Positions 26,580 to 39,100 of a stretch of DNA of 64,000 nt are shown here, piece after piece. Made by a program: the position numbers and the translations under genes. The stretch is from positions 1 through 64,000 of the IMG/VR virus record IMGVR_UViG_3300035396_000367; one strand, written 5' to 3'. The stretch comes from a virus. How positions within the stretch are numbered: position 1 is the first letter of the stretch; each line of letters begins with the position of its first letter. Under the pieces are notes generated by a model, which saw only the letters and a list, made by a program, of their open reading frames with translations, was not told where the DNA came from and searched no databases.

Positions 26580-28715
26580 TTACCACATTTTTATTTTTGA
26601 CGTGATGTTTATTTTTGCGTGTTTTACACCTGTAGCAGTTATGTATGCCAGAAGAAGAGTGTCTGTGTCTAAACCTACAATCTCTTTTAATACTACCATG
26701 TCCGAAACCATCGATGCAACACTAAATCTCTCTGAAAATACAAAGTCTGAAACAACCCATTTATAGATACAAATATCTTTTGTGTTTGTGAATGTAACAA
26801 GCGTATCTATTGACAATCTGCAGGAAGCAATTGAAACAGAATGATTCAGACCATCCTCCGGAATTACCTCTTGAGAAACAAATCCGTAAGTTATTGACAG
26901 TAGTGATCCTACAGAAACACTATTCGTAGACTCTGCTAAGTAGTCCACCCACTCATCATTTGAGTATGAAGGGGCACCTGTTGGATTATCAACTAAAAGT
27001 GTCCAGAGCTTTCCACCGCTGGATACAATATCCCCGGATTTGTAAATAGTAACTGTTGAATCGTATGCACTGCATTTATGACCTAGTGGAATCCAGTTAG
27101 CACCAATTGAGGGAGGGTATGACATTCCGGATGCATTTACAAGTTTCCAGATAACACCATTATGAACAAGCATGTCGCCAACTTTATTGTAAGCTATTGC
27201 ATTTTCATCATACGTAGCTAACCTTGCTGTTGAAGGTTTCCAGTATGCAGGATCACTTAGCGAACCTACTGCACCCTCTGCTTGGTCTTGTTGACTTACG
27301 TACAACACTCCACCTGATAAAACAACTTCCCTTTCTTTATACCCGTATGGCCTATCAGAACGGAATTCTTCTACTACACCAAGGTTCATCAATTTCCACT
27401 TAGCAGCACCTGGTGTTGCATCGAAGCAACGCCACATATATTTAGTAGTTGAGTGTATGAACCAGGATCCAACTTCGTACCCTTGCGTACTATCTGAACC
27501 TGCACCAGGGGAATCATTGTCGTATGTATTCTTTTTTACACTGCTTGCTTTTTCAGAAGTCAGATGGTAACGCTCTTCTTCACTTCCACCTTGTAAGTCA
27601 GGAAACTGGTTGTGTCTAAGTATTGACGCACCTCCACCAGAACCACCAATCGCAGCTGTTAACATTTCAAACTCAGAAGCTTGACCCTTTATTATCGCAC
27701 GTGCTACTAATTTAAACGGAGAAGCCCCGGTTAACGACGGAGGAAGTGCTGTTGGAGATAGCGGTACCTCCTTCAATTCATTAAAAACACCTACCTCTTG
27801 CACAACATGAACAACCTGATACGCAACAAATATAAAGTAAGCAACATACACATTCGTTTCAGAAAATGTAACGTAACTTCCACCTTGGAATTTATGATTG
27901 TTATTTAAAACAGTTCCTGAAACAGTACCTGTCCAGTTACCCGGCACACCGTACCACAGCTTAAACGTAGACGGCACTGCGCCACCGCCATAATTAACTT
28001 GAATATCTCCTATTCTTACAACACCTGAATTAACAGCAAATGTTCTCCCACCCTCGTCTGTCGTAGACAATCCACTGACGTAAGAAACTTGTGCAGCCCT
28101 CATATCGTTTATCTCAGGTCTAATTAGTTTCTCATCCTTACCGTAGCGTAGGTCGAATACTGAGTACCCATCCCCGTAGTATGAAACTAAGTATAAGAGT
28201 ACGTTCATACCTATATCCTTAGTTTGTGAACCAGTAAGTGGAAATGCAATTGAAACTTCTACAGCTCGCAGCACGTAACTTCCACCACCATTAGATTCTA
28301 AGTAGAATAAATAGTTCCCGTTCGCTGGTAGTGCCGCTAATGTAGTTGTCTCGTATCTTATTGCTACAAGCTGCTCATCCAACTCATCTTCATAAGTCCC
28401 GACTATAGCAGTTCCAGTAGCAACGGTAAAAACAGAACCGTTGAAAGTCAAATCAAAACCACTAAAAACACCAGGACCTATGTACTTCTCTAAATACTTT
28501 CCAAGTGTTATACGTTGTGTCTGCTCTGTAACAGGGTATGTATTAGGTATACCCAGTTCTTCCATATTCGGAATGTAAACAGCACCAGTAGGGTGTGCGT
28601 TCGTGTCTCGATCCAGAAGTGCATTATGGCTGGTAACTCCACCAGAACCTGCTTGAGAAAATCTATCAAAAAACTTTCTTGTTACTTTGTTATCTCTAAA
28701 TGTAGTAGACCTCAT
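26580..28715 (-). CDS. Tail fibre/baseplate-attached protein with 3 CBM5/12-like modules
   Basis: 711 aa. HNALLDRD and HNQFPDLQGGSEEERYHLT fibre-type motifs, one PTxxDD-GY-type repeat and three CBM5/12-like repeats. Confidence 0.7.
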   Translation of the reverse strand: MRSTTFRDNKVTRKFFDRFSQAGSGGVTSHNALLDRDTNAHPTGAVYIPNMEELGIPNTYPVTEQTQRITLGKYLEKYIGPGVFSGFDLTFNGSVFTVATGTAIVGTYEDELDEQLVAIRYETTTLAALPANGNYLFYLESNGGGSYVLRAVEVSIAFPLTGSQTKDIGMNVLLYLVSYYGDGYSVFDLRYGKDEKLIRPEINDMRAAQVSYVSGLSTTDEGGRTFAVNSGVVRIGDIQVNYGGGAVPSTFKLWYGVPGNWTGTVSGTVLNNNHKFQGGSYVTFSETNVYVAYFIFVAYQVVHVVQEVGVFNELKEVPLSPTALPPSLTGASPFKLVARAIIKGQASEFEMLTAAIGGSGGGASILRHNQFPDLQGGSEEERYHLTSEKASSVKKNTYDNDSPGAGSDSTQGYEVGSWFIHSTTKYMWRCFDATPGAAKWKLMNLGVVEEFRSDRPYGYKEREVVLSGGVLYVSQQDQAEGAVGSLSDPAYWKPSTARLATYDENAIAYNKVGDMLVHNGVIWKLVNASGMSYPPSIGANWIPLGHKCSAYDSTVTIYKSGDIVSSGGKLWTLLVDNPTGAPSYSNDEWVDYLAESTNSVSVGSLLSITYGFVSQEVIPEDGLNHSVSIASCRLSIDTLVTFTNTKDICIYKWVVSDFVFSERFSVASMVSDMVVLKEIVGLDTDTLLLAYITATGVKHAKINITSKIKMW

Positions 28716-28725
28716 TCAAAACCCC

Positions 28726-31700
28726 TTAATAATGTGCTGAACAACTGACAATGCAGTTAAATGAGCCCCAAGCACGTGTAAGAATTACCTCACCGCACTT
28801 TATTGAAGAACCGCTTACGTATCTAAACAGTACATGCAACTTTGAAGGAGTAACTCTCAAAGCATACACGTTTACAGTTTTACCAGGCGCATTACACAGT
28901 ACATCCCAATCCCCTGCAGTCCCTTCTTCCTTTTGTGGACTACCTGCAACCATGTAGTCACCTGCTACACTAAAATCACCCTCAAGAAATACCGCATTAA
29001 AAAATGAACCACCTATCTGTTGTGTTCGCGTTGAAAATAGTTGACAAGCAGCGATGAACCCGTTAATATCAATACCACCACCTTGATCATAATACCTACA
29101 TACATTTCTAATACCCCTGTAGTGCCCCCACCATGGGTTTTCGAAACCAGCTAGATCAGGGTTGTGAGCTTCCCATAAATTTAGTAGTGAAGTATATATG
29201 TCGGTACCTAATGTCTCAACTTCAAGACCTCTAGCAACAGCTGCCGCAAATCTAGGGTTCGAGTTAGGTGGGCCAAAATGATCATTAGAAGGTATCATCA
29301 CCGAACCGGATGATAGGTTTGATACCCCCAGCACTTCTAGCGCATTAGTTTTTACCAACCCTTCAAATTTAAAGGATGTGTTATTTCTCAGTTTAAAAAT
29401 GTCTGCCGTTACAACCGGCGTAGTTATCCCTAGAGGAAAGTCAACGTATGAATTGAATGAAAGAATTCTTTTTACGTATAATGTTTCAAACTTAGCGTAC
29501 CTACCTGTCATATCCCCTGATGTTTCTATCGAACCATACAGTTTCAAGTTACCATCTTGTTCAAACTCACCCTTGTCGTAAGTGTGCGCTATCACGTGTG
29601 TGGAGTTACTCACAAGTACACCTGTCGCAGGTACACGCCTTGCTTCAACAAAAACATCTTTTGCAAGATTTACAACGTGACCTTCCCCAAACAATGCCGC
29701 TGTAAACGATGACAAAACAGTCACACCGTACCCACCATAAACAACACCACCCCTTAAAGCAAAACAAGCTTCAGCATCAGATATGTTTATGTTCAGTGCC
29801 TTTTCAGCATAAACCATACCTCCGTACATTGCAGAACAATTTAGTACTTTTGATGTTATTTTTAAATCAGCACCTTCTATTACTTCTACCAACCCGCCAC
29901 GATCAATCTCAGGAACTACAGCACCCGAGCTAACCTCTAAGTTGTCACATACAGCTATAGTACCAGCAGGTGTAATACGTATATCTGGTTTATCAGGATA
30001 CCATACCTTATACCCAAGTACCAAGTATGGGTTAGAAACAGGGCTAGTGTCAGCGTGCACTACTGTACTTAACGTAGAAAAGTCTGATAGATTAAGCTCA
30101 TGCGAAGTTATCTTTGCTGCGTGCAGATTAACTGCAGTCTTCATGTATGAATACATAAGAAAAAATATACGATCATCTTGTGACTTTACAGCAGATAGTA
30201 CGTATGAAAAACTTGCGTTTATTGATGAAGCCCAATTACTGCTATATGGTGTATAGTTACCAGGTTTAATTTTAAATAAGTTAGTAGAAACTTTTGTGTT
30301 TAGAATACCTATAGTCGGAGGAGAATCAATTTCATAAATAGCTTCCCAGTTTGCGTCGTTCACATAAGGCTTATTTTGAACGGAGGATAAGTTATCTTGC
30401 TTGCATCTCCAGACTGCTAATAATTCTGTCGCACCTATCGTGTGTATGACTAAGTCTGATTGTTTATAATCAACACCTTGAACCCAATACTGTATGTCTG
30501 TAGCTGGATTATGAATGTACTCGAGCTCTGCTATAGCTAAATCAGGGTCTACTTCACCTTTTCGATACGTTATAAATATTCTACCTGCTGAGTCTACAAC
30601 AACAGGTAGATTAAAACTGTCTTTATTCATCCAGTCAAACTTATCAAACTTATAGTAATTAAAAGCACCGGAACGTATCGAAGCAAAAAAACCTGGAAGT
30701 GCTAAATCTTCTTCACCTATATCCGCGAGTACTCTTAATATCCAGTACCCTAATATCGGGTCTGGTGTTCCTGCATCGTCACCTGTATTTGTTAGAACAG
30801 GATTGTACATTTCTACAACAACTACACGGTATTGGCCGCCACTACTATTTATAACGCACCTGGTTGTTAAAACGAATTTCCCACCACCGAGTGATGCTAC
30901 ATCTGCAAGTAAATGAGTACTCGCTTGAAAAAGAATATTTACCAACTTGTCAGGGTAGCTGTAATTACTTGTAACCCTAAGCGATGAACGGTCAGAAGAA
31001 AATGTAAAAGCAATTAGTTTAACTGTAATGTCAGACCCACTCCAATACAACGGAACATTCTCCGAATTAAGATCTGAATAAAACATACTGAACATCTTAC
31101 ACGTTTCATCATAAAAAATCCTGCTGCTATTTAAGCAACCTTGCGCAAATTCAGATACCTGTGTATAGTCACCTGACATAGCGTAGTCTTGTAGGATACC
31201 TCTGTGCTGAAGAATAACTGATGTTGCACTTACCTTATATGTTACCCATTTAAGTTTGTTCCTAGATACAGCCCCCTGATAAAAAATTATAATTTCATCA
31301 TCAGATATTTTTAACGGATGGTGCCATATTACAGCTTCTGATTCAGAAAAGGATACTTCAGCATGTAGCTCATTATCCGAATAATCCCACACAGAAAAAA
31401 GTCCATAATTACCTGCATCTTCACTTCTTCTTGTCAAAACTTTTATACCTGGTGACAAGTCAACTACAAAGTATGCAGTTGTATTCATATTGTCAGGACC
31501 CCAGTTCTGAGTTGATGTATTTGTATAGTTTATACTTCTACCAAAATCAGCAGGTATTTTTCCATCGAATAAACTTGAACGAACTTCAGTGAAATGTGGA
31601 GCAGGCGGTATACCATAGGATCCAGCAACATCATAGATTCCACCCCTGCCATCTACTGTACCACCCTCTATCACAATATTGTGAGGTACTTTTAATGCTA

Positions 31701-33114
31701 CACCTACACCACCATTCGAGTACCAACCTACGTACCTGTCGAGTTGAACTTTAACGCCATCAACCTTTAATACAGAGTAAATCTCACCTGAGAACCCAAC
31801 TGAGTTATCATAGTAAATTATTCTATCACCAGCCTTTAACGTTATACCTGCTACAGATATCTCAGTATCTTCTTCGGATGCGTGTGATCCTATACCGGTA
31901 TTCTCCAAACTTTTAACAATAAATTTTGCCTCTTTGCTCCCTTTGATTAAAACAACACCGTCGCTTAGTCGTATATTGTTCCAAGAGTTTAAATAAATCG
32001 GATTATAAAAAACGTACCCGGGTACACCCTGTGTACTTTCTTCCCACCCCGGAGAAGCATTCTCTGGAGCCGGAGGTTCTAACACTACACGAAGACCTTC
32101 CGGCCACTCTATTCTACCAGTTACTGAATTGTAACCACCGTAAGTAGCAGCAGCCGGATCATCTTTTTCCCCAAACAATGTAACTAACTCTTTATGTGAT
32201 TTTACCTCATACCTGTAAGCCACCTTTTTTCCACCTGCGGATGGTAGTGTTATCTGACCTTGTGACCTCGCGTAATCAAAATAAATCGAAATGTAACCTA
32301 GTGATGTGTTACCGCTTGTAACCTTTGCGTACAGCGGATCTGACCCATTCCAATTTAGTGATGAAATATTAAGTATTTGAAAACCTGAATCTGTTTCGAA
32401 GAAACTACCAGCTACAGCACCTATTCCTCCGGCAGTATCCTGACCGTACATTGTAAATCGTAGAGTTTCAACACCCGGTGTCCCAGGTGACTGTGCTTCA
32501 GGAAAAAGTTGATTAGTTGATACATAGAAATTTATTCCGGCGGAGGATAGCACTGACTCTTGTGCTTCAATTGTTATTCCCATGTATTTTGGAGCGTCGG
32601 GCACTGATGCCACATCTAGTACCGGCTCACTTACGTCTATTAAACGTATCGCGGAACCAAATGGAAATGAATCTGAGTTTTCGGTGTAACTTCCCTTGAA
32701 TACAGCTGAGTCGAAATAATCTGAAAGAATGTTTTCATTCTCTACTAGGTAATGTGTGAAGTTTCCCCAGAATCCCTGAGTATAGTACAGAGTTGAGGAT
32801 ATGAGATCAGCGAAGCTTTGGTTGAATGCAAGTCCGTTAAATCCGTCTTCACTGAATTTAGCGTTAACCACTTTGTCAACGAATGTGTCAATTGCTGCAA
32901 GCATATCTCCTAGATTCGGAAGGAACACTGCCGTATCTACGGATAACGCTTCTTTTACTGCTGTCCGAAGTTCCTCGGATAAAGAAACTTTATTTACAAA
33001 GCTACTGTCGGAGGCTACAACAGATACAAGGTTCTCTATGTACCTGAAGTTCTCCATTAAGTTTTCAGCAATAATCGTGTTGTTAGTACCGAATATATTT
33101 TTTAAACCTGACAT
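28726..33114 (-). CDS. Large tail-associated structural protein (1,462 aa)
   Basis: Long ORF whose start overlaps the Tal-like gene stop. Beta-rich, with one CBM5/12-like module (WVQGVDYKQSDLVIH...WRCK...ANWEA) and Gly-rich beta-helix-like repeats (AMYGGMVY, ALRGGVVY). Confidence 0.65.
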   Translation of the reverse strand: MSGLKNIFGTNNTIIAENLMENFRYIENLVSVVASDSSFVNKVSLSEELRTAVKEALSVDTAVFLPNLGDMLAAIDTFVDKVVNAKFSEDGFNGLAFNQSFADLISSTLYYTQGFWGNFTHYLVENENILSDYFDSAVFKGSYTENSDSFPFGSAIRLIDVSEPVLDVASVPDAPKYMGITIEAQESVLSSAGINFYVSTNQLFPEAQSPGTPGVETLRFTMYGQDTAGGIGAVAGSFFETDSGFQILNISSLNWNGSDPLYAKVTSGNTSLGYISIYFDYARSQGQITLPSAGGKKVAYRYEVKSHKELVTLFGEKDDPAAATYGGYNSVTGRIEWPEGLRVVLEPPAPENASPGWEESTQGVPGYVFYNPIYLNSWNNIRLSDGVVLIKGSKEAKFIVKSLENTGIGSHASEEDTEISVAGITLKAGDRIIYYDNSVGFSGEIYSVLKVDGVKVQLDRYVGWYSNGGVGVALKVPHNIVIEGGTVDGRGGIYDVAGSYGIPPAPHFTEVRSSLFDGKIPADFGRSINYTNTSTQNWGPDNMNTTAYFVVDLSPGIKVLTRRSEDAGNYGLFSVWDYSDNELHAEVSFSESEAVIWHHPLKISDDEIIIFYQGAVSRNKLKWVTYKVSATSVILQHRGILQDYAMSGDYTQVSEFAQGCLNSSRIFYDETCKMFSMFYSDLNSENVPLYWSGSDITVKLIAFTFSSDRSSLRVTSNYSYPDKLVNILFQASTHLLADVASLGGGKFVLTTRCVINSSGGQYRVVVVEMYNPVLTNTGDDAGTPDPILGYWILRVLADIGEEDLALPGFFASIRSGAFNYYKFDKFDWMNKDSFNLPVVVDSAGRIFITYRKGEVDPDLAIAELEYIHNPATDIQYWVQGVDYKQSDLVIHTIGATELLAVWRCKQDNLSSVQNKPYVNDANWEAIYEIDSPPTIGILNTKVSTNLFKIKPGNYTPYSSNWASSINASFSYVLSAVKSQDDRIFFLMYSYMKTAVNLHAAKITSHELNLSDFSTLSTVVHADTSPVSNPYLVLGYKVWYPDKPDIRITPAGTIAVCDNLEVSSGAVVPEIDRGGLVEVIEGADLKITSKVLNCSAMYGGMVYAEKALNINISDAEACFALRGGVVYGGYGVTVLSSFTAALFGEGHVVNLAKDVFVEARRVPATGVLVSNSTHVIAHTYDKGEFEQDGNLKLYGSIETSGDMTGRYAKFETLYVKRILSFNSYVDFPLGITTPVVTADIFKLRNNTSFKFEGLVKTNALEVLGVSNLSSGSVMIPSNDHFGPPNSNPRFAAAVARGLEVETLGTDIYTSLLNLWEAHNPDLAGFENPWWGHYRGIRNVCRYYDQGGGIDINGFIAACQLFSTRTQQIGGSFFNAVFLEGDFSVAGDYMVAGSPQKEEGTAGDWDVLCNAPGKTVNVYALRVTPSKLHVLFRYVSGSSIKCGEVILTRAWGSFNCIVSCSAHY

Positions 33115-36100
33115 TATAGGCCACCTATAAACAATTTCTGTTGTTCTTTACTAACAACCCTTACCCCGTCCCCTTTAACAGTGTACTTATCTCGTATCTC
33201 CGTTAAAGTCATGCTCATAGTGTAACCTGAAGACTGATTCATACTTTCTTCGCAGCTTATGAGTTCAAATAATTCGTAATTTAGGAATGTATAAATATCA
33301 TTCACGCCTATTATATCACCTAATTGTATTATAGGCAACCCTACACAAGATACATCCATTTTTATTAAAGGAAATGCTTTTCTTGGAAGCATGTAATTTG
33401 CTATCTTTTTCGCTGTCGCTACATCAGTTACGTAAGGATTGCTGAATTTATACTCTATTTCCTGGTACCTTTTTATCGATTTCTGGTCCCTAACTATAGT
33501 CAGTTCTTTAGCAGCAGACACCATAGGCCTACCTCTTAACTCAACTCTCGATACCCATACACTCATCCCGGAAGGGTCCTCTGTTTCAACGTACAAGGCA
33601 TCTGCCGGGTTATCTGTAGGGTTTTCCACTCTAAGGTATACCGCGTCTGAATACACGTCTGATACGTCAAATAGCATGTTTAAATGGAATCCTGACAACC
33701 CTTTAACGTTTGTATTCTGTGCAGGGTAATAATACAGGCCTGCCGGAGTATAGGATCTGAGTCTTCTAATCTTACCGTCCCCTCTTTGCAAGCTTTTCGC
33801 ACTTCCGCTTCCTGACATATACGTTTTGTCAACGTCTAGGCGATCAACACCTACTCTAGTCGGGTAATGCAGAACTAACTTCTTCCCCTCGCACGATGCA
33901 CGCATACTGTCAGAAAGCACAAGTACCCATACCTCTTCCCCGTTATGAATCTCTGGCCTAAATGAGTAAGCCCCTTGGTAGTATGTAAATGCTGCTTTTT
34001 CACCACCAGCATAAACTATTGTGTTCAGTTTCTCGTATTCCCCAATTGTGGTGTCAGTTGATGCCGTTCTCCTTATTCGGTTAGAACCAAAGAACAATCT
34101 GCAACCGCTGCTTCCTGTCGACATAGACAACTCAACAGACGATGCTGAACCTGCAACTTGGCTCTTAACTCTAACGTAAACAGTACCTCCGTTGAAAACT
34201 GTTCTCTCTACACTCGCAGTACCAGGGAAAGTATCATTTATAGCATTTACAATATCCTCAGCATACACTGTGTAATCACCGTACTGGTTAAGCTCTGAGT
34301 ACCTTTCAACATCAATCTCTACGTCTGGAGAACCATCTAATGATAGTCTAAATTTTGTAGACCCAACAGGTACCCGTATACCCCCTGTCAAGTCCAATGC
34401 ATAGGCCGCACCTATACCGTCAGTAAAATCACCGTCGTCTCCACCCGGTATCGACAGTCTTGACCACTTGTCTGAAAACCCTGGAACATCCGTCGCAAGC
34501 GTTGCTGTCTCGGATAGATAATACGCAGCACCATTTTTAACTAGTTTATCCTGAGAATATGCCACTGCCGACCATACGTCAACCCCGATGTTAAAGTATG
34601 GTTCCCATACCTCCCGGTATAAGTCAGGCTCTAAACCTAACGATGTTGAAACTGGAGGATTCGAAACTATTATGCACTTGTATAAAACCTCGTTGTAAAC
34701 AACTAAATCACCCAACCCGTATTCAATCGTGTCACTCCATACAATCAATGAATTTGTAACAGTCCAAACTAATGGAGAAGAACCCGGAACATCCGAACTG
34801 CTCGCTGATAATAACGAGGTATAGTACAACCCGGAGTATTCTACGTAGGACCCTTCCGAGTATGATTGTGGAACCCACGTAGATACAAAGCTAGGAGTCT
34901 TGCTTATCCACCCTACGGATAGAGAAGGATCGTTACCCTTATTTACCAGTATTGACTTGTATACTTTTCCGAAATCTTTCACAACAGAATTTATAGGATA
35001 CTTAATTGCACCGTCCCAATCTACCAATATTGAGCTACCTAGTTTAACCCAGTCTGTACTGGATAGAGAAGGCTCGTCTGTAGTAGCATCGCCTGCATAC
35101 CAATACTCTCCGGTGTGTAAAACAACACTGTGGGAATATGTGCCAGCAGACCACGCACCTATCGCATAGTTTTGAAGCTCCCAACTTGTAGTCGAGTCAA
35201 CAGGACTTTCCGCAGTTTCAACAACACACTTATACAAGCAGCCAGAGTATATCACAACATCGTTTACGGAGTATCTTCTGTTCTGAACATAATCGTAACC
35301 AGCCATTGTCTTAACCCACGGAGCCGATGTGTCGTATACCACAACTCCACTCTTTTCAATTATGAATGGAACTATCCCTATGTTCTTTTTCGAACTAGAA
35401 TAAACCGTACCTAAGTAGAATACAATATCACCAAACTTATAAGATTTTGAAGCATCCCAATCATCAATTGAGAAACTACTTGACACAACTTCCCACCTGT
35501 CACTTAAAGTACTTGGAGGAGTCAAACGTCTATTTGTAAGTATGGCTCTATATAGAACACCACCGTGAATAACCATTGAGTCTTTCAAATATGTTACACC
35601 AGGTTCCCATTTTGTTATACTTGAGTCAATAACCCAATAAGCTGGAGTATTTAGTGAAGGAGTTTTCCCCTTATTAACAGCACCTGATACCATAGGCACC
35701 TTAGCTGCATCTGAAGCATTTATACCAAGTATGGTGTCACCATCAGAGTATTCTTTCAAGTTATCCCAAAACTCAATGTAAGAAGATTCAACCGGCTCCG
35801 TAACTAGGTCAACACCTTGCGTCCCAGGTGTAACTACTTTACGAACACGACCGTGATTTGTATCTAAAATGTAAGAACCAGCAGGAGCTGTTACGGACAC
35901 CGGTCCTGATAAATCGTAGCTTCTTAAATTACCAAGTGTGTCTATGCACACCCAACTGTTTTTGAATTTTGTAATAAATGCAGGATCCTGGAAGTCTATT
36001 ATGTCAAGACCACTCCATGAGGATGTGCATCTAAAAATCCTACCATCTGATTCAACTAAGTCACCTACCGCATAAGCTACGTATGGAGCTAATGTAAAAG

Positions 36101-39100
36101 TATTTGCTGATACTTCATCCCAGTATGTAGGTTCAGTACCAGGAGTTTTTGCTACGTTTAAACTTTCTGCCTCGAACACCCTGTCAATACCTGAAACAAG
36201 ATGCGATACATATTCGCCAACCTGATAGTCTCTCCCGGCAGCCCAGGATTGCAATCTTGAGTCATACACTTTTAACCAGTGTGTATCAGTGCTTGGTAAA
36301 ACACCTTGACTAGCCTGTAAAGCTCTGTACATGCACCCGTTCCATTTAACAATTGAACCTTCGGCATAGCTTAGAGTAACATCCCACGCATTTAAGTCTG
36401 TAAGCATGGAACTCCAGAATCCTAGAGCTGTTGATGGATCCTGATTAAGATTGTCGACGATACAACAGTACAAAAACCCATGTCTAAATACAGAGTCTCC
36501 ACGGTAATACTGCCAGGTTGAACTCCACGACATAGTATCCCTATTGTACTTTGAAGGGTATTCTGCCGGTACATCCACTAATGATTTATCCCAAGGAGCA
36601 AAAGCACGGTACACTTTTTCTAACTGATTTACTACCCTGTCGGAACCATAACCTGCGTGTACGATAAATTTACTAGGACTCAGCACATGATTATTAAAAT
36701 CTGATTCAGATCCGGTAAAGAATCCTGTCGCATCTAAGTACCCTATGTCCTCTACAAAGTTCATGTTGAATCTGATAGGAGATTGAATGTCACCAACGTA
36801 CGCCGGGTTACTAAATGTAACATCGTAATCTGTGTTGTTACCCTTGTATAAAAATATAGGAGTTAAGTTATCCCACAGCCGGTGCAACTTTGCCCATACC
36901 AGGTCTGAATAACTCCAACCAATTGATGACAACTCTTTTGTAAGTACGCTTGATCCAACAAATAAACCTGTCTCAACGTCTATGTCTCTAAAGGGTACTG
37001 GGTCCAGTTTATCTGTAGAAACAACAATCTTATTTTTAACGTCAGAGTCGTTTACGTCGTACCCTACCTCTATTAAATTTTTGTCGTAGGCAAGTGAGAA
37101 GTAAGGCACTATCAATTCTTCTTCAGACCTAACATATACGTCGCCAATATTTCCGCTACCAAGGTATACGGATGACATGCTGCTATCAGAAAAAAGATGT
37201 GTGAAAGTATCAAGAGACTTTAACGAATCCAATAGCGTAACACCTTCAATAATTGAAATAGTTATTCCAACTTTGTCGGTGTAACCAGAAACTGTTCCAT
37301 CACCGCCAAACTGCTCGATTAAAGTGTTTGGTGTTGTGTAAATCTCTATGTCCACACCAGGTATTATATCCGAGTAAACAGACGAGAATTGAACAGCACT
37401 CTTGTCATCTACCCACAACCCGGCAGCGTCTATACCTGCCACTCTAAATCTTCTGAATTCCTTCGTTGTCTCCACATACTTCATTCCGTTACTGTCCATT
37501 AGCAACGATGTGGCAAAGTTAAGCGTTTCACTTATCTCTGCATTGTTAATGTCGTAGCCGCGTATAATGACAGAACCGTTTTGATTGCAAAAACTGTTTT
37601 CTGTAACTCTGCACCCTATAACTCCGTACTCTGGAGATTCAATTGTTAGAGATCCCCAACCAGTACTTAGAGTAGTACCAACTGTTGATTCAAATGTTCT
37701 AAACACACCTGAGTATCTTTTTATTTTTTTACCGTTACCTACTTTTATAACCGCACCGTTCTTAGGTGTAAAAAATAATTTAATACCTCCGGCACCGTCT
37801 GCCACAAAATTATCACCGACATCTGAACCATCCACGTATACATATTGTATGTCAAATAATGGATCTAAATATGCAGAAGGAAGTGTAAAGTATGTTGTCG
37901 CACCGTCACCTGTAGCAGGTAATTGAACAAAATCCTGATAGACTGCGCACCTTATTTTCTGAGAGGATTCTACCATGTCATCTGACCATGCGTATATATC
38001 ACTTGTAGTTGCAGCAAACCCTCCAAACTTTTGAAAGTACCAGTATCTATCTCCGGCACCAGAAACTTTAGTCATATCTCTAACCACTACTCGCTTAACC
38101 GGCTTACCTGCCAAGTTTTCAAAAGTAGCCGTTACCGCTTTCTCAGTAACTGAATAGGAAACACCTTTACTATTTCTACCGTCGTTGTAACCGCCGTACA
38201 TTACCGGTATTTTTTTAGAATAGTCATACGTAAAACCATTCAATGTATCTCTACCGTCCACGACAAGAGGTATCAGATTTGAATTTGTGTGAGGGTTCTC
38301 TATGTCAATTATATGTACGTAGTAACTTCCACTATTATGTTTAACAACAGCGTATACCTTTCCATCTTCCGGAAACGGAGAAACACCAATTACAGAGCTA
38401 ATCTCTTCGCTCTCTTCTAACTTGTAGTACCCTGCACCGTGTTCTGGAAGTGTATTGTTGGATGCGAACTCTGAATATGTACAATCCAAAACTAAACCAC
38501 CAGACAACAACTTTATGTAAAAAATGTTTCCGTTGTATATTGAGTTTCTGTCGTAATAAATACAAAATAAATTTGTGTAACTACTCACCCATTTTTTAAC
38601 ACGAGAATCTGTTAATGAAAAACCTAACGTGTCTATAACTGTGAATGTAGCCGCTGGATTATAAACAACAAAGTACCTGTAGTCACTACCTATATTCACG
38701 TATGCACTTGTCTCGCTCAACACTATCTCACTAAGTGAGTCACCGAACCTCCACGTGTTCGGACCATACCCAGAGTTTGAACCCTCAATGTAGTATGGAT
38801 TAACGAATGACGGAGAACCAGCATTAAATACACTAACTGAAAAAATATCATTAAACTGTAGTAGTTCTGTTCCTACAACCTGCTCTTTTATTCCAGCAGC
38901 AGAACCTTCTACTACTTTTGATATTGACATACCTGACGTATAGAATGTGGAACCATCAAACCTACCTGATATTAGTTCCGTACCAGGAACACCAACAGTG
39001 TTACTCTCTATGTACAAAGCACCGTTTGAATATGTTGTTGTAAACTTTAAGAAGTGGACTGTATCCATTTTACTTTTAACTGCAACGATTATATCGTACC

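Noticed and set aside
11819-33114. Diversity-generating retroelement targeting the fibre genes
   Set aside because: No reverse transcriptase is present and I saw no near-identical ~100-nt TR/VR pair. A self-BLAST of the full genome would be needed to exclude a remote TR.
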